DNA from: Octopus vulgaris
Lineage: Eukaryota
Assembly: GCA_951406725.2 (NCBI GenBank)
Contig: OX597827.1
Location: forward strand, 51,088,001 to 51,152,000
Direction: 5' to 3'
DNA: 64,000 nt
The position numbers were made by a program, and so were the translations under genes. Numbering within the stretch: position 1 is the first letter of the stretch; each line of letters begins with the position of its first letter. This document shows, piece by piece, positions 39,298 through 52,739 of the stretch. The notes under the pieces are model-generated. The model searched no databases. It had not been told where the DNA came from and was given only the letters and a program-made list of their open reading frames with translations.

Positions 39298-40799
39298 GTT
39301 AGTCAAACTAGCCCTCAGTATTGTATAATACATATAAAAATTACTTTTCAGTTTAATTAATTCATTTCTGAAAACTATAGCTGTAGGGAAAAATGAGAAT
39401 GAAACAATGTGCAGATATATGTCATTCCATCTTGTTTTGGTTTAAAACTACTAGTAAAACAAAAGAAATTTTGGTGGGGTGAAGGAAGTTATTTTAGGTT
39501 ATAAGACCCAAGTTTATAATTTACATGGTCAAGTATTTACCAATTTGAAACAAAACTCTGCTAATATAACTTTTACTGTAACATTAAATACTGATTTCTC
39601 AGTTCTCATATTGATATATTGTATATTACAGTATTATTAACTGTAGAAAAGTTGAGAGATAAAGTCAACTTCAACAGGACTAAAACAACAGTGACCCAGC
39701 CACTTACAAGGCATCTTATTCTGCAGTCTCTGAAGTTCCTGTCCTTCATAGCATTAAGTATTGCTTTGCATTGACAAAAGGTTACAAATCTATGAAAATG
39801 GCTAAACATGGCTGTAATTGGGATGGGGAGGGTAAGAAAACAAAAAGCAACAGATTGGTGGGTATGTTGGGTAAATGAATCTTTGCCAATCATCGAATAA
39901 CTTTTTGGAGGAAGTTGTCTTGGATGATAATGTCAATAAGTAGCAGTATTATCCCATAAATATAGGATTATTGCTCCAGGATAGATTGCACTTGCATTTG
40001 TAAAGTGTCACCAGCTGATCAAAGCAAAAGTATTTCATGCCTTAGCTTTTTGAAAATATTTTTTTTATCGCTTAGTCCAAAGAGAAAAAGCAATACTTAT
40101 GACTCTTTAGGGTCTCTAAGGCTTAGTAAAAGGAAGTTATCCATAGATCTGTAACCTGGCCCAAATTCTTGCAGCCATTTACTCAACTAAAGGTACCCGC
40201 AGACCAGATTTTTATACCACCCAAAAACAGGAAGGTACTTTCACTGGGCTTCCATAAATTATTTTCTTTCACTGAAGTTTCCTCATTAGGCTTCGCTTGA
40301 ACTGAGCTATGGTAGATGACACTTGCTCAAGGTACTGTGCTATGGAATCAGACCCATTCTTAACCACGCAACCATGCCTGTACCATTTTGCAATGATATA
40401 GATATGTAGTTGCCTTAAAAACCTCAGAAATTGCAAAACTCCAGCAATAGCATTGGTTATGAGATGTGCCTGAGTAAAGAGGATTTAATGCAAGGCTTTT
40501 TCATTAGTATTACTAAAAGAGAAGTAAGTAAATCTGGCATGGAGTGTCTAGTTTACATGCAGATTCCATCTCTATGAAAGGTTAAGTAGTTTGCATATGT
40601 ATGAGATGGAGGGAAGCTTTAGAATCATAAATGTTTTATTTTTAGCAAATAAATCTTTTAAAGGACTACCAACATTCTACCCTACCCCCAAGTTCTGTGG
40701 TTTTCAACTGGTCTACACAGTTCCATTAACAACAATAGAATCCCACGAAAGGACACTCAGTGGATTCTTCTACAAGTAGCTGGGGTTCCACAGCTATGT

Positions 40800-42060
40800 A
40801 ACAATATATGGAACCAGTAACAACTTATAGCTCCTATTCAACATTCTCATTGAAGAATTCAAGGTAATGCATACAAGAGAGTCTTACAATATTGTGACTC
40901 CAAGGATCAGAAGGTGTCATCAACAGGTAATCAGGGAAAGAACATGGTGGAAATAGAGAGCAGAGAAAGCTGTGTAAATGGCAGAAATCTTGGTAACTGG
41001 CAGATTGAACTTGGCAATACCCAGGACAAAGAGAGACAACGTCTCATTCAGGAGAAAGTCTGAGTAGATGTAGAGGAATAGAAGATGAGTAGAATCATGG
41101 GCTTTAGGCATCAAGGACGTAAGTGTGAGAGTGTGCAGCAATGCTTCAAGTCCATTTGGTAAAACATTATAATAGGCAGAGTTCCTTGTCTAGGCTGTCT
41201 ATGATTCCTTGCTAAATCCTGTTAATCTTTGTATCTAGGGCAAGAGCAACACACCATCTTGACTACTTTTCTCTGAAAGAGGAACCTTCAAATATCTTCT
41301 CAGTAGCTGCTCAAGAAGATGGCTATCATTGGTGCCATGATCATGTGCTCAAAGCAATTTTTGAGAGATTAGCTACATCCATCAGCACTACACCCCCAAA
41401 GAAGGCAATTAGATTTGTCAAAGCTGGAGCAATATCTACAGCCAAAGAACAAGGGTGGGCCTCCTCTGCACAGTCTCTGACAAGAACCAACATTATTATT
41501 TTGGCAGACAGATGAAGTTTCCGCAGCACATAGTACTAACATCATTCTAGTTAGGCATTTATATTTTATCTAGTTTCAGCTCATGAGCTGTGGCCATGCT
41601 GGGGCACCGCATGATCATTACCACTGAAGTAATAAAATACATGATCATACTGGAGCTTAATGCCCTTGGAGGTGTATACTGACAAGGCTGACTAGATGAA
41701 ACATAAGAAGTACCACAAACTAGTAACAAAGGGCCAGAACAGAGACCGGAAAACATTATGAGCCTTTTTAGATGTGGTGTGCAGAGGCTTTGCAGAATGC
41801 TCACTCTACTAAGACCTCTACTGCTAGAGTTTTGCAGAGGTGACAATGAAGAATGCCATTCAGTCCACAAGTGAAGCTGTAAAAAAAGCCACCAGCTTTG
41901 GATTAAGATGACTAAACTATGGACAGTTACTGCTGAGACTGATTCAACCAAAGCTAGATTACCTGGACAAGGGGTATCTGATGTGAAAGCATCCAAAATA
42001 CCTGATGACTCTAGGTTACTCCAGTGATGATGTACTCCAGGTCATTCTGGAGATGTATCT
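40800..42060 (-). mobile_element. Decayed LINE fragment (EN/RT)
   Basis: Remnant endonuclease and RT-like peptides with many stops. Confidence 0.45.
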
Positions 42061-42121
42061 TGCATGATGTGTGTTTATCTAAGCCTGTCTTTAAGTGTAC
42101 ATTATGTACACGGACACACAC

Positions 42122-42157
<36 letters not shown>

Positions 42158-42205
42158 AAACAAGTCAGGATAGAAAATGCTAAAATAATTTTATACAGAA
42201 CATTT

Positions 42206-42241
42206 CAGTACCGGTTTCAGTCATTGAGACTTTTTCAACTG
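42206..42241 (-). ncRNA. Minimal hammerhead motif, U3-A8 core variant
   Basis: CAG-TTGAAAA-AGTC-TCAAT-GACT-GAAA-CCGG-TA-CTG. Confidence 0.7.
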
Positions 42242-42424
42242 TAACAATTAAATAATTAAATTTAGAAAAATTAAAAGGAAAGTTCTTTTAAAAGAATATT
42301 TGTATAGTGTTCAAATAGAAGTGGTATTTTCCTCGTTTCTGTGTCTCTGTCTCTCTTGTTTACTCTTGTGGGTTCGAGGTCGTTGTGAATTCTTGGTAGT
42401 GAAGAAGAAGAAGGACGAGGAGTA

Positions 42425-42462
<38 letters not shown>

Positions 42463-42694
42463 TACATTTTGTGAAACATGATTTAATATTTCTAAATTGA
42501 ATTTTTCCCTGTAAGTTTGGAATAATATTCCCTCATATTATTATTATTATTATATATATTTATATATATATATATATATAAGCCGTAGAAACACTGCCAG
42601 ATCAGACTGGGCCTGATGCAGCCTTCCGGCTTCACAGACCCCAGTTGAACCGTCCAACCCATGCTAGCATGGAAAGCGGACGCTAAATGATGAT

Positions 42695-42736
<42 letters not shown>

Positions 42737-43599
42737 AAATTAGAAAATGGAGAAACATACTTAAATCAATCAAACATCAACCATCAGATAATACCCAATC
42801 AATACTTTATTACACCATTACATAACAGCAAAGACATTATACAAAATATATTGTAAATATAATTAGACAAGGAAATATAAATATAAAATACAATGTTGGT
42901 AAATGAACTTTACTGTAAAGTACTGTTGCTGCATGTCTCTCATTCAGAGATTTAGAACAAATAGTTTTTTCTATTTATATATACACACACACACACACGC
43001 ATGCACATATGCATTCACACATGTGCATGCATGTGCGTGCGCACACACACACACATACACACATACAAGATTTTCATTTGCACCCACACAATCATAAGAG
43101 AGCAATCTAGAAGTATTTGAAAATTAATAAAATGGTGTCAGAATTAAACCCCCAAGGTGGAGCTCATATAGCTTGTGCCAGCATTTGATCTTGTTTAAAC
43201 TACCCTCAGCTCATCAACTAAACCTTTTCCACTAACCATACATGCATATAAATGCCTATCCATACACCCCTGTTTTCATAAGCCTTGTCTGTGTTTTCTG
43301 GCATTCTGCAACAGTTCCCTATTTATTCACATTATTTTGTTTTACTCATCATTTAGTTAATGACTCTTAGCATTTTAAGCATAATTATGTTTATGAAAAG
43401 TTTGCAATGTGTCGATTTTTGTTACAGTAGAAAAAGGCTTTGCATATTGTTTTCTCTCACCCTCTTAACCCCTCTCTCTCTCTCTCCTCTCTCTCTTATC
43501 TCCAAGCCACCAAGGTTAATTCTGTTTATCATTGTTTCAGTTTTATTGGTTTAAGTATTATTTATCTTCTCTTCTACATTTTTTTTTTTTTTTTGAAAG

Positions 43600-43744
43600 A
43601 TATGTGGAAGTTTTATGTGCATCCAGAAAATTCTGAAAATGAAAATGGGAATAGAGATGAAGAATAGCAAAAGAAAATCTATTGATAAATTCCAGTGTGC
43701 TAATGCAAAAATGAATACAAAACTGTCTGTTTATACATTGGCAG
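43600..43744 (+). CDS. Second coding exon of the same plus-strand gene (ICGSFMCIQKILKMKMG...KLSVYTLA)
   Basis: Long poly-T acceptor ...ttttgaaag|, donor CAG|gtaatt; 145 nt open in phase 0, matching the previous exon. Confidence 0.65.
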
Positions 43745-44184
43745 GTAATTATAGATGGGCTTTATTTGGTCAGTGATCCACTGTCCTATTCTATTGTGCC
43801 TTGTTAGTGGCAAACAACTGTCAAATGCAGTAATTGTTCTAGCAAAACTGAAAAAAGAGTTCATGATAAATTACAGTTTTATGCAAAATAAAAGCACTGT
43901 TTAATGTTAAAGGTTGTTGGAATCTAAAGTAAACAGGGTAGATCTTTGCTGCACTCAGTCATTCTTCTTCATCCACTTCGGGGTACAATGCCAGCACTCT
44001 CCCCTCCAAATACAGCACCATGAGGCTTGCTACATCTTGACCTTTCAAATTGAGTCAATATCAGTGAAAAGGCTTCTAAAGTAAATTATTCATTTGCTGT
44101 AATTATTACACAGAAAATGGAAATTGCACTCTTAGTGGAAGTCAAATAAAGCTAGTGTGTACAATTATTGTGGGAGAAATACAA

Positions 44185-47100
44185 GCGTAATTAAAAATGT
44201 TCCACTTTCATAGGACAGTGTTTTAAGTGCCAGGGACTGCACATGGCTAGGGACTGTGCAGAGCCCACACCGGTTTACTACCACTGCAAACGGACTGGCC
44301 ATATCACGTGAAATTGTGGCCAGGGAAAAGGCCATAGTGAAGTTGCTGCCTCTCAAACTTCCCCTGCTAACGAGTAGAGGTGCTGGTGAAGTTGCTGCCT
44401 ATAGTTAAGATCTTGGTTGGGGAAAGCATGTTCAAACCTCTCGTGGAGTTGAGCTGCACAGTGACTCTTGTGACCCCAAGGGTGATAAAGAAATAGAAGG
44501 GGATGAATGCAAGGGTAGCAACAACATGGAGATACCGATGCAAGGCACAATGCTTAGGCTGTGGGCGATTGTGATTGGCCAAGTGGTAAATGGAATGATG
44601 TGGTAATGGAGATGGACATGATTGACCACCTTGGATTTGTCAGTGCTGGAGGAGACGTGGTTTCGTTTGGTGTCATGGGGGCATTGTGCGCTGTGAGTCA
44701 GAAATATGAGTGGGAACAGAGCTCTCTGAGGAACTGAACTGCCTAAACCATTGAAGACAAGGATTTTCAGTTTCTGTCTTCCAAATCTACTCATAAGGCT
44801 TTGGTTGACCTAGGGCTAATAGAAGATGCCTACCAACACTGAAGAATAAGGTGAGCTTCTACCAGCATACCCTGAAAGGACATGCCAGGAGTGAGTTTGA
44901 AGAAGAGATAGAGAGGTGGATTAAGGAAGGTGTCCTTATCCCATGAAAGTAGTTAGTGAGCAGAGTGCTACCTCTAATGGCACTGGTGCAGCTAACAAAG
45001 GGCAAAGTTAGATCAGTACTGGACTTTCAGGAGATGAATGGCCATGTATTGTGCCACACAGGTGGCAAGACAACCGACATCTGTGACGAGATGCTGCATG
45101 TATGAAGACAGTCAACTAAGACAGTGATGATCATCAACTTGAAGTCGGTATATTTACAGCTCCATGTGTGTGACAAACTGTGGCAGTACCAGCTGGTGTG
45201 ATACAAGGGCCAGACATATCATCTGACAAGGCTGTGTTTTGGACTGAATTCTGCCCTGAAGATCATGGCAACAGTGCTCAAGTCCATCCTGGGAAAGGTG
45301 GGTAGAATAAGAAGGGCCACCAATTCCTATATGGATGATATCCTAGTGGATGATTCTGTAGTGTCTGCCACAGAGGTTGTGAGAGATCTTAAGAAATTCG
45401 GGCTGATTACGAAGCCACTGGAGACAATGGCTGGAGGAGCTGCACTGGGGCTTAAGCTTCAGAGAGACAGAATGGGTGTTTTGGTGTTTCATAGGGGAAT
45501 GAGATCCCAGGCTGGGTACCAACGTCAGCAGGAGAAAACTATTCTTGATGTGTGGGAAATTAATAGGTCACTACCCAATCATGGGGTGACTGCATACAGC
45601 ATGCAGTTATACCAAGAGACTAGAAGGGGAGAACTGGAGTGACAAGGTGGGAGAGGGGATAGTGGCAATAATGCAGGAAATCCTAGGGAGGACGAGGGTG
45701 GAAGACCCAGTCGAAGGGAACTGTTATGTGCCCAAATCGGATAATGAGACCATATGGTGTGATGCTAGCAGCATCGCAATAGGGGTTGTGTTGGAAATCG
45801 GCCTGGCTTTGAAAAGCAGACAACTACAACCACATCAATATTGCTGAGTTGGATACAGTGCTGAAGGAAGTGAATCTGGCCTTGAAATAAGGGCTGCTCT
45901 CCATCGAAATCCAGATGGATTTGGCCACCGTGTTTGACTAGGTAGGACTGGTGATCACCAATGAGAAGAGAGTGCAAACCAAAAGGGCTCTGGAAATGTT
46001 AGTGAAGCACTGCCTAGGGTTTCTAGGAGAGCTGATTGGCAAGTTTGGCCTGACACTGAATGTGGTCTTTATGCCTTCAGAGAGAAAAAAGGCAGACGTT
46101 CTAACAAGAGTAAAAAAAGCTTAGTTAGGGGAACCAGAAGAATCAAAGCAAGGGGTAGCTGTGGTGTGTCGGTTAAATGACTCTGAGCTAAGAAGACTGC
46201 ATGCCATGCATCATATGGGAGTGGATAGGGCCCTATATCTCGCCTGGAGGATTGATGCCAGCGTTCCCAGACAGAGCATCCAAAAGGTGGTTGGGAACTG
46301 CGATAGGGGTCAATCCATCTACCATGCTCCAGGTGTGCATGAGGAGGGAAACATTTCAGTAAAGCACAACTGGAGACAACTAGCAGTGGGTGTAACACAC
46401 TACCAGCAGGAGACGTATCTCTTGATGGTCACCTGTGAGCCAGGCTGGAAGGTTATTTGGAGGGAATTGAGGACAAGCACTGTGGACGAGATGGCACATA
46501 TTCTAAATGAGGTATTCTTAGAGTGGGGCCTGTGGACAAATTGCTGACGGACAACAGCATAGTGTTTTGTTCAGAGGTGCTGAAGGAGATGCTTGACAGG
46601 TGGAAATGCACCACCTTTTCAGAGCAGCATACAAGCCAAGTGGAAATGGGATCATGGAGAGACATCATCAAACAATAAAGGCCATGGCAGAGAGGGGACA
46701 TTCTTTGCTGCTGGAAGCAGTTTTCTGGTACAACATGTCGCTCCGATCAGGACAGGCCAAAGAGTTCATGTCACATAGAGCGATATGCAAATATGAATGG
46801 CAGCATCCTAGTAAACCATCGAGATGCCCTGTAGAAGAGAGAGGGCCTGTCTTCGTGGAGGTGGGAGATGAAGTCTGGGTTAAGCCACCAAAGGTATGCT
46901 GTACTGAGTTCAGTGGAACAGAGGAATAGTGACAGATGTCAATTCTAAAAACAACATTTCTATGGATGGAATGCTGCATCATGTCTTGGATGTTCATAGG
47001 ATTGTCACTTTGTTGGATGATGATTGTGGAAAAGAGGAAGAGAATGAGGTTCCCAGCTTAAGAAGATCACACATGCAAGGCGCCCACCCAGGTGGGTCGT

Positions 47101-47520
47101 AGATTTTGACATGGAGTGAAATGAGGAAATGATCTTTGAGACCAGGGGCGCATGTGGGGGATGAGCCAGAAGAAGAGGGTCAATGTTCAAGGGACTGACC
47201 AGAAGAGACAGCACAAGAGGCAAAGTGGAGAGGAGGGAGACAAGGGTCAGCCTCTTCTTGCCCGCCAGAGACATCGTGAGCAGACTTCAGGGAATTCGCT
47301 CCTGGGCTGGTCCAATAGCAACTGCTTATACTAGGTGACAGGAGTAGGTCAAGATTTCCAGGAAGATTACTACTAGACAGGTGAAGACAAGAGAGGAAGG
47401 TAGGTGAGCCTCTTTTCATTTTCCACGCACAACACTTACTAAATTTGATATATAGCTTTATCATGTGTCATTTGTACTCTGTCTTTCATACACATTATCA
47501 TTACATATCCAATAAAACAT
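44185..47520 (+). mobile_element. Decayed Ty3/Gypsy LTR retrotransposon
   Basis: Gag knuckle remnant YYHCKRTGHIT*NC (~44275), RT YMDDILV, RNase H WCDASSIAIG, integrase HHMGVDR and YKPSGNGIMERHHQT in Gypsy order; G-rich tract at ~47145-47160 before an LTR-like tail. Confidence 0.85.
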
Positions 47521-48080
47521 TCTTACTTCATTCTTTCTAATCTTCTATGCAAATTTCCTGCATTCAAGGCTAATGTGTTAAATACCACACTTTGTGCACG
47601 GGTTCCAAATAATCTGTCTCTCACTCTGAGAGAAAGGCCCCTCATTACTAACAAAGATAGTAACTCCCTGAACTTTTCCAAATCCATTCTTACTTGAGCT
47701 ACTATGCTTTCAGACCACCCACTACGGCTTATAAAGTCACCTATGTAACAAACTATTGACTACTTCTAATGAGCCATATGGGCAATTGAGAAAATCTATT
47801 TTCCATATGCTCTTCAGGCTTATGCCTTTGTGCATCAGCCACCTATGAAGGTTAGCTTTATATCCACATACATATGTAGACAGACAGACAGACAGATAGA
47901 ATATGACATACAGCTATTGTGTTAGTATTCCATATGTTCCATTACATTCAAAAACAGATGCCTAGGAAGAAAAATCACGTTATATAAATAATTTCATATT
48001 ACAGATTTGTTTGCTGTAATGATTATAGAGTACAGAGAAAAAGTACAAAACAAGGAAAATATAGTGTGAAATTATTTACA

Positions 48081-48186
48081 TATAACATCCTTATACATGT
48101 TTCAGTAACAATTGATTACACAATGAATATGTAAAATTAACTTATCTAATCTTTTTTGCACATGTTGCTTCATCAGAAGTGTTATA
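48081..48186 (-). ncRNA. Minimal hammerhead motif with long stem II insertion
   Basis: TATAACA-CTT-CTGATGA-AGCAACA...TGTTACT-GAAA-CATG-TA-T-AAG-GA-TGTTATA. Confidence 0.65.
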
Positions 48187-48255
48187 AGAGGTGAAGAACT
48201 GTGTTTAGTGATAGATATTTACAGTTTAGAAGTTTGAAAGGCAGGTATTGTAGAT

Positions 48256-48480
48256 AGGCGGAGAGCTGGTAGAAATGTTAGCATGTCGGGCGAAATGCTT
48301 AGCGGTATTTCGTCTGCCGTTACGTTGTGAGTTCAAATTCGGCCAAGGTCAACTTTACCTTTCATCCTTTCGGGGTCGATAAATTAAGTACCAGTTACAC
48401 ACTGGGGTCGATGTAATCGACTTAATACCTATGTCTGTCCCTTCTATGTTTAGCCCCTTGTGAGTAATAAAGAAATAGGT
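48256..48480 (+). mobile_element. tRNA-derived SINE with Nin/Deu-like domain
   Basis: CCTTTCATCCTTTCGGGGTCGATAAA..AGTACCAG; decayed minus-strand copies at ~30890-31115 and ~57780-57960. Confidence 0.75.
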
Positions 48481-48861
48481 ATTGTAGATAGATTGCACAT
48501 GTAGATTCTGATTTGAGTTTAAAGGGGTCACATGCAAAAGGTGATATAAAATTATCTGTCGGATTAGTATATCAAAGTCATGAATGCAGAACTAGTTGAT
48601 ATTAACAGGGTCTATAACTCATATTAACAGGGTTTATAACTCAACATAGATAAGAGTAGATTGACAGAGCAAAAATTTTAATGAATGAAAGAGGCAGATA
48701 TAGACAGCTTCATAGACACATAATCCATAAATAAACACACACACAACATATATGACTACATTTACATAACAGAAGTGTATTCGGGTAGGTGGATATCACC
48801 CATACACCTATCTATCTGTATAACTAGCTGACTGACTATACACATACATACTTACTTATTT

Positions 48862-50084
48862 ACACACATTTACTGTCTATATGCACACATACACATTTAC
48901 TGTATATATGCACACGTACACATTTACTGTGTATATGCACACATACACATTTACTGTGTATATGCACACATACGCATTTACTGTGCATATGCACACATAC
49001 ACATTTACTGTGTATATGCACACATACGCATTTACTGTGTATATGCACACAAACACATTTACTGTGTATATGCACACATACGCATTTACTGTGTATATGC
49101 ACACAAACACATTTACTGTGCATATGCACACATACACATTTACTGTGTATATGCACACATATGCATTTACTGTGTATATGCACACAAACACATTTACTGT
49201 GTATATGCACACAAACACATTTACTGTGTATATGCACACATACACATTTACTGTATATATGCACACAAACACATTTACTGTGTATATGCACACATACACA
49301 TTTACTGTATATATGCACACATATACATTTACTGTATATATGCACACATACACATTTACTGTGTATATGCACACATACACATTTACTGTGTATATGCACA
49401 CACACACATTCACTGTGTATATGCACACATGCACATTTACTGTGTATATATGCACACATGCACATTTACTGTGTATATGCACACATACACATTTACAGTG
49501 TATATGCACACATACGCATTTACTGTGTATATGCACACATACACATTTACTGTGTATATGCACACATACGCATTTACTGTATATATGCACACACACATTT
49601 ACTGTGTATATGCACACATACACATTTACTGTATATATGCACACACACGCATTTACTGTGTATATGCACACATACACATTTACTGTGTATATGCACACAT
49701 ACACATTTACTGTATATATGCACACACACATTTACTGTATACATGCTCACATACACATTTACTGTATACATGCACACATACACATTTACTGTATATATGC
49801 ACACATACACATTTACTGTGTATATGCACACATACGCATTTACTGTATATATGCACACACACATTTACTGTGTATATGCACACATACACATTTACTGTAT
49901 ATATGCACACATACACATTTACTGTATATATGCACACATACACATTTACTGTATATATGCACACATACACATTTACTGTATATATGCACACATACACATT
50001 TACTGTATATATGCACACATACACATTTACTGTATATATGCACACATACACATTTACTGTATATATGCACACACACACATTTAT
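48862..50084. repeat. 27-bp minisatellite, ~45 units (ACACATTTACTGTGTATATGCACACAT)
   Basis: Direct inspection; 9-aa periodicity in all overlapping ORFs. Confidence 0.97.
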
Positions 50085-50092
50085 GTCTAAAT

Positions 50093-50296
50093 CAACGTTT
50101 CTCAACCGGGCTTCTCCAGAACCCTAGGGTTCTGCAAAAGGCTCCTAGGGTCTCTGTGAGAAAGAGTGAGATAAACTAATGCTAATTTCATGATCGTATT
50201 ATTACTATACATGCACAACATATTATTGGTTATTGTGATATTGTAATATAGACATCATCCTATCTAACCTACTATGTTATCAAAAAACTATAACAA

Positions 50297-50332
<36 letters not shown>

Positions 50333-50463
50333 TTTAACATGTGAACTACGATGAAAAAATATGAGAAAGATATGATATATAATTTTTTTGGTGTGCAGGG
50401 GTTCCTTGAGATATGTAATTTATTTTAAGGGTTACGCAAGGGTCAAAAGGTGGAGAAACACTG
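50093..50463. mobile_element. hAT (Charlie-like) MITE
   Basis: CAACGTTTCTC...GAGAAACACTG termini; 8-bp TSD GTCTAAAT/GTCTAGAT. Confidence 0.85.
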
Positions 50464-50837
50464 GTCTAGATATTCAGAGGACTATGAAAGTGCTGCCTAC
50501 TCTTACACTCCTTTCAATCACCCCAAAGTCATGTGACTCCTCTACAATGTGAAACCTATTCTGCTCTGGTCCCTTCTATCAGACCTTAACTTCTCTCAGC
50601 ATAAAGCCACTTCTTTTGGAGTTTATAGGCATGGAAGCTGCATGCAACTTCAGTGCTGGTAACAGAAAAAAAAGCACCCAATATGCACTGTAAAGTGGTT
50701 AGCATGTATATACACATATAAAGATATTAGTGACTAAATCAAAATAGAACATGGGTCTATAACTTCCCTCTTTTTTGTACTAATGTATGAGTTTACATAA
50801 ATATCACTTCATATATGGAAATATATATATATATTCT

Positions 50838-51259
50838 GTTATTCTTTTACTTGTTTCCAGTCATTTGACTGTAGCCATGCTGGAACACCACCTTTAGTCA
50901 AACAAATCAACCCCAGGACTTATTCCTTGTAAGCCAAGTACTTATTCTATCGGTCTCTTTTGCCAAACTGCTGAGTTACAGGGACATAAACACACCAACA
51001 TTGGTTGTTAAGTGATGGTGGGAGGACAAGCACACACACACACACACACACATACTTTATTTAAAAGCAGCAGAAATATAACAAAAGCTGTTACTCAGAG
51101 TTTCATGTTCCCGTTCGTTAGACAGTTTTGTTTTTAACAAAACTGTCTAACAAACGGGAATGTTATATTTCTGCTGCTTTTAAATAAAGCATATTACTCT
51201 ACCTCTGGTATTAGAGTACTCTTTTTTCCACCTTATTTCACATCTATGTGCTTACTCCA

Positions 51260-51298
<39 letters not shown>

Positions 51299-51390
51299 AC
51301 ATGCTTCTTTCAGTTTTTGCCTACCAAATCCATTTACAAGGCTCTGGTTGGCCAGAGGCTACAGTAGAAGACATTAGTCCAAGGTGCCAT
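50838..51390 (-). mobile_element. CORE-type SINE interrupted by a hairpin element (51054-51260)
   Basis: Family similarity on both sides of the insert. Confidence 0.75.
51088..51125 (-). ncRNA. Hammerhead motif carrying G5A (probably inactive)
   Basis: CTGT-CTAACGA-ACG-GGAA-CAT-GAAA-CTC-T-GAG-TA-ACAG. Confidence 0.6.
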
Positions 51391-51667
51391 ACATATATAT
51401 ATATATGCACTTTATTTGTGGGTTAACAAAGCTACCATTAGTTTCATGGAAAGTGGAATCTCAGTAATTACCAATCCTGCCACATAGAACGTTGGTGCTC
51501 ATCTCCGTATTGGATGAAAACAACAAAGTTACTTGAGAGCATATGAGATTTTGAAGTAATCAAATATACAGATCAAGGGAAACAACTCTCAATTATTATC
51601 TCCCTCTCATTAATTCAATTTTGTACAAATACACGTGTATACACATGTATATCCATGCATAATATGT

Positions 51668-51706
<39 letters not shown>

Positions 51707-51959
51707 TACACACACACTGGCTCATACAAAGATATCTGTGTTATGCATTTTGAGTATATGTACATAACTGCTCATATTTGCACATATGTACACACGATTG
51801 CATAGTTACACAAATTTTCACATCTTTTAGCATCAAACTTGGTGCATGGATTTATAAAGCTTTGTATGTATTCATTCAGTGAATCATGCAGCATCATATA
51901 CATATTCATATATGTACACATATGTACATACACACACACATAAATACACATATTACACG

Positions 51960-52412
51960 TTGAGGCAAGCGAGAATCAGAATCAGAATTGAAATCGAAAT
52001 CAACCAACATCAATGGAAATTGTAGCTGAGATACCAGTGCCGGTGGCATGTAAGCGAACCATCCGTACGTGGCTATTGCCAGCGCCGCCCCGACGGGCCT
52101 CCGTGCCAGTGGCACATAAAAAGCACCATCTGATTGTGGCCGTTGCCAGCCTCGCCTGGCCCCCATGCTGGTGGCACATAAAAATCACCATCCGACCGTG
52201 GCCGTTTGCCAGCCTCGTCTGGCACCTGTGCCGGTGGCACATAAAAAGCAACCACTACACTTACAGAGTGGTTGGCGTTAGGAAGGGCATCCAGCCTAGA
52301 AACATTGCCAGATCAGACTGGGCCTGGTGCAGCTTTCTGGCTTCCCAGACCCCAGTTGAACCGTCCAACCCATGCTAGCATGGAAAGCGGACGCTAAATG
52401 ATGATGATGATG
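51960..52412 (+). mobile_element. RTE-tail repeat with internal ~57-bp subrepeats
   Basis: Same family; repeated GTGGCACATAAAAAGCACC units. Confidence 0.85.
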
Positions 52413-52739
52413 TTGATATACACCTATATAGAAATGCATACACACAAACACACACATACATATCTCTTCATCTGCATTATGCATTTTATCCATATTTGAG
52501 TGTGTGCTCATAATTAAGGAGTTTCACATATTTTTTCAAATATTTTGACAACTCACAGGGTTTGGAATTCATAAGTTTGTTTGTGTCTATCATGTGATGT
52601 GATGTGATGGATATGTGAGATGCACATATATCTATGTGACAAGGAAGCTTGGCATTAATTGACAGAGGGAATATGTCTTTTAGGCATAAAGTTCATATAA
52701 TGCATCTAATTGATGATCAGAGAAAAATCTCACCCAAAC

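Noticed and set aside
48860-50179. ORFs up to 432 aa with Cys/His periodicity; possible CRISPR-like or metal-binding repeat
   Set aside because: Pure 27-bp tandem repeat with no unique spacers; open frames on both strands result from a stop-poor unit.
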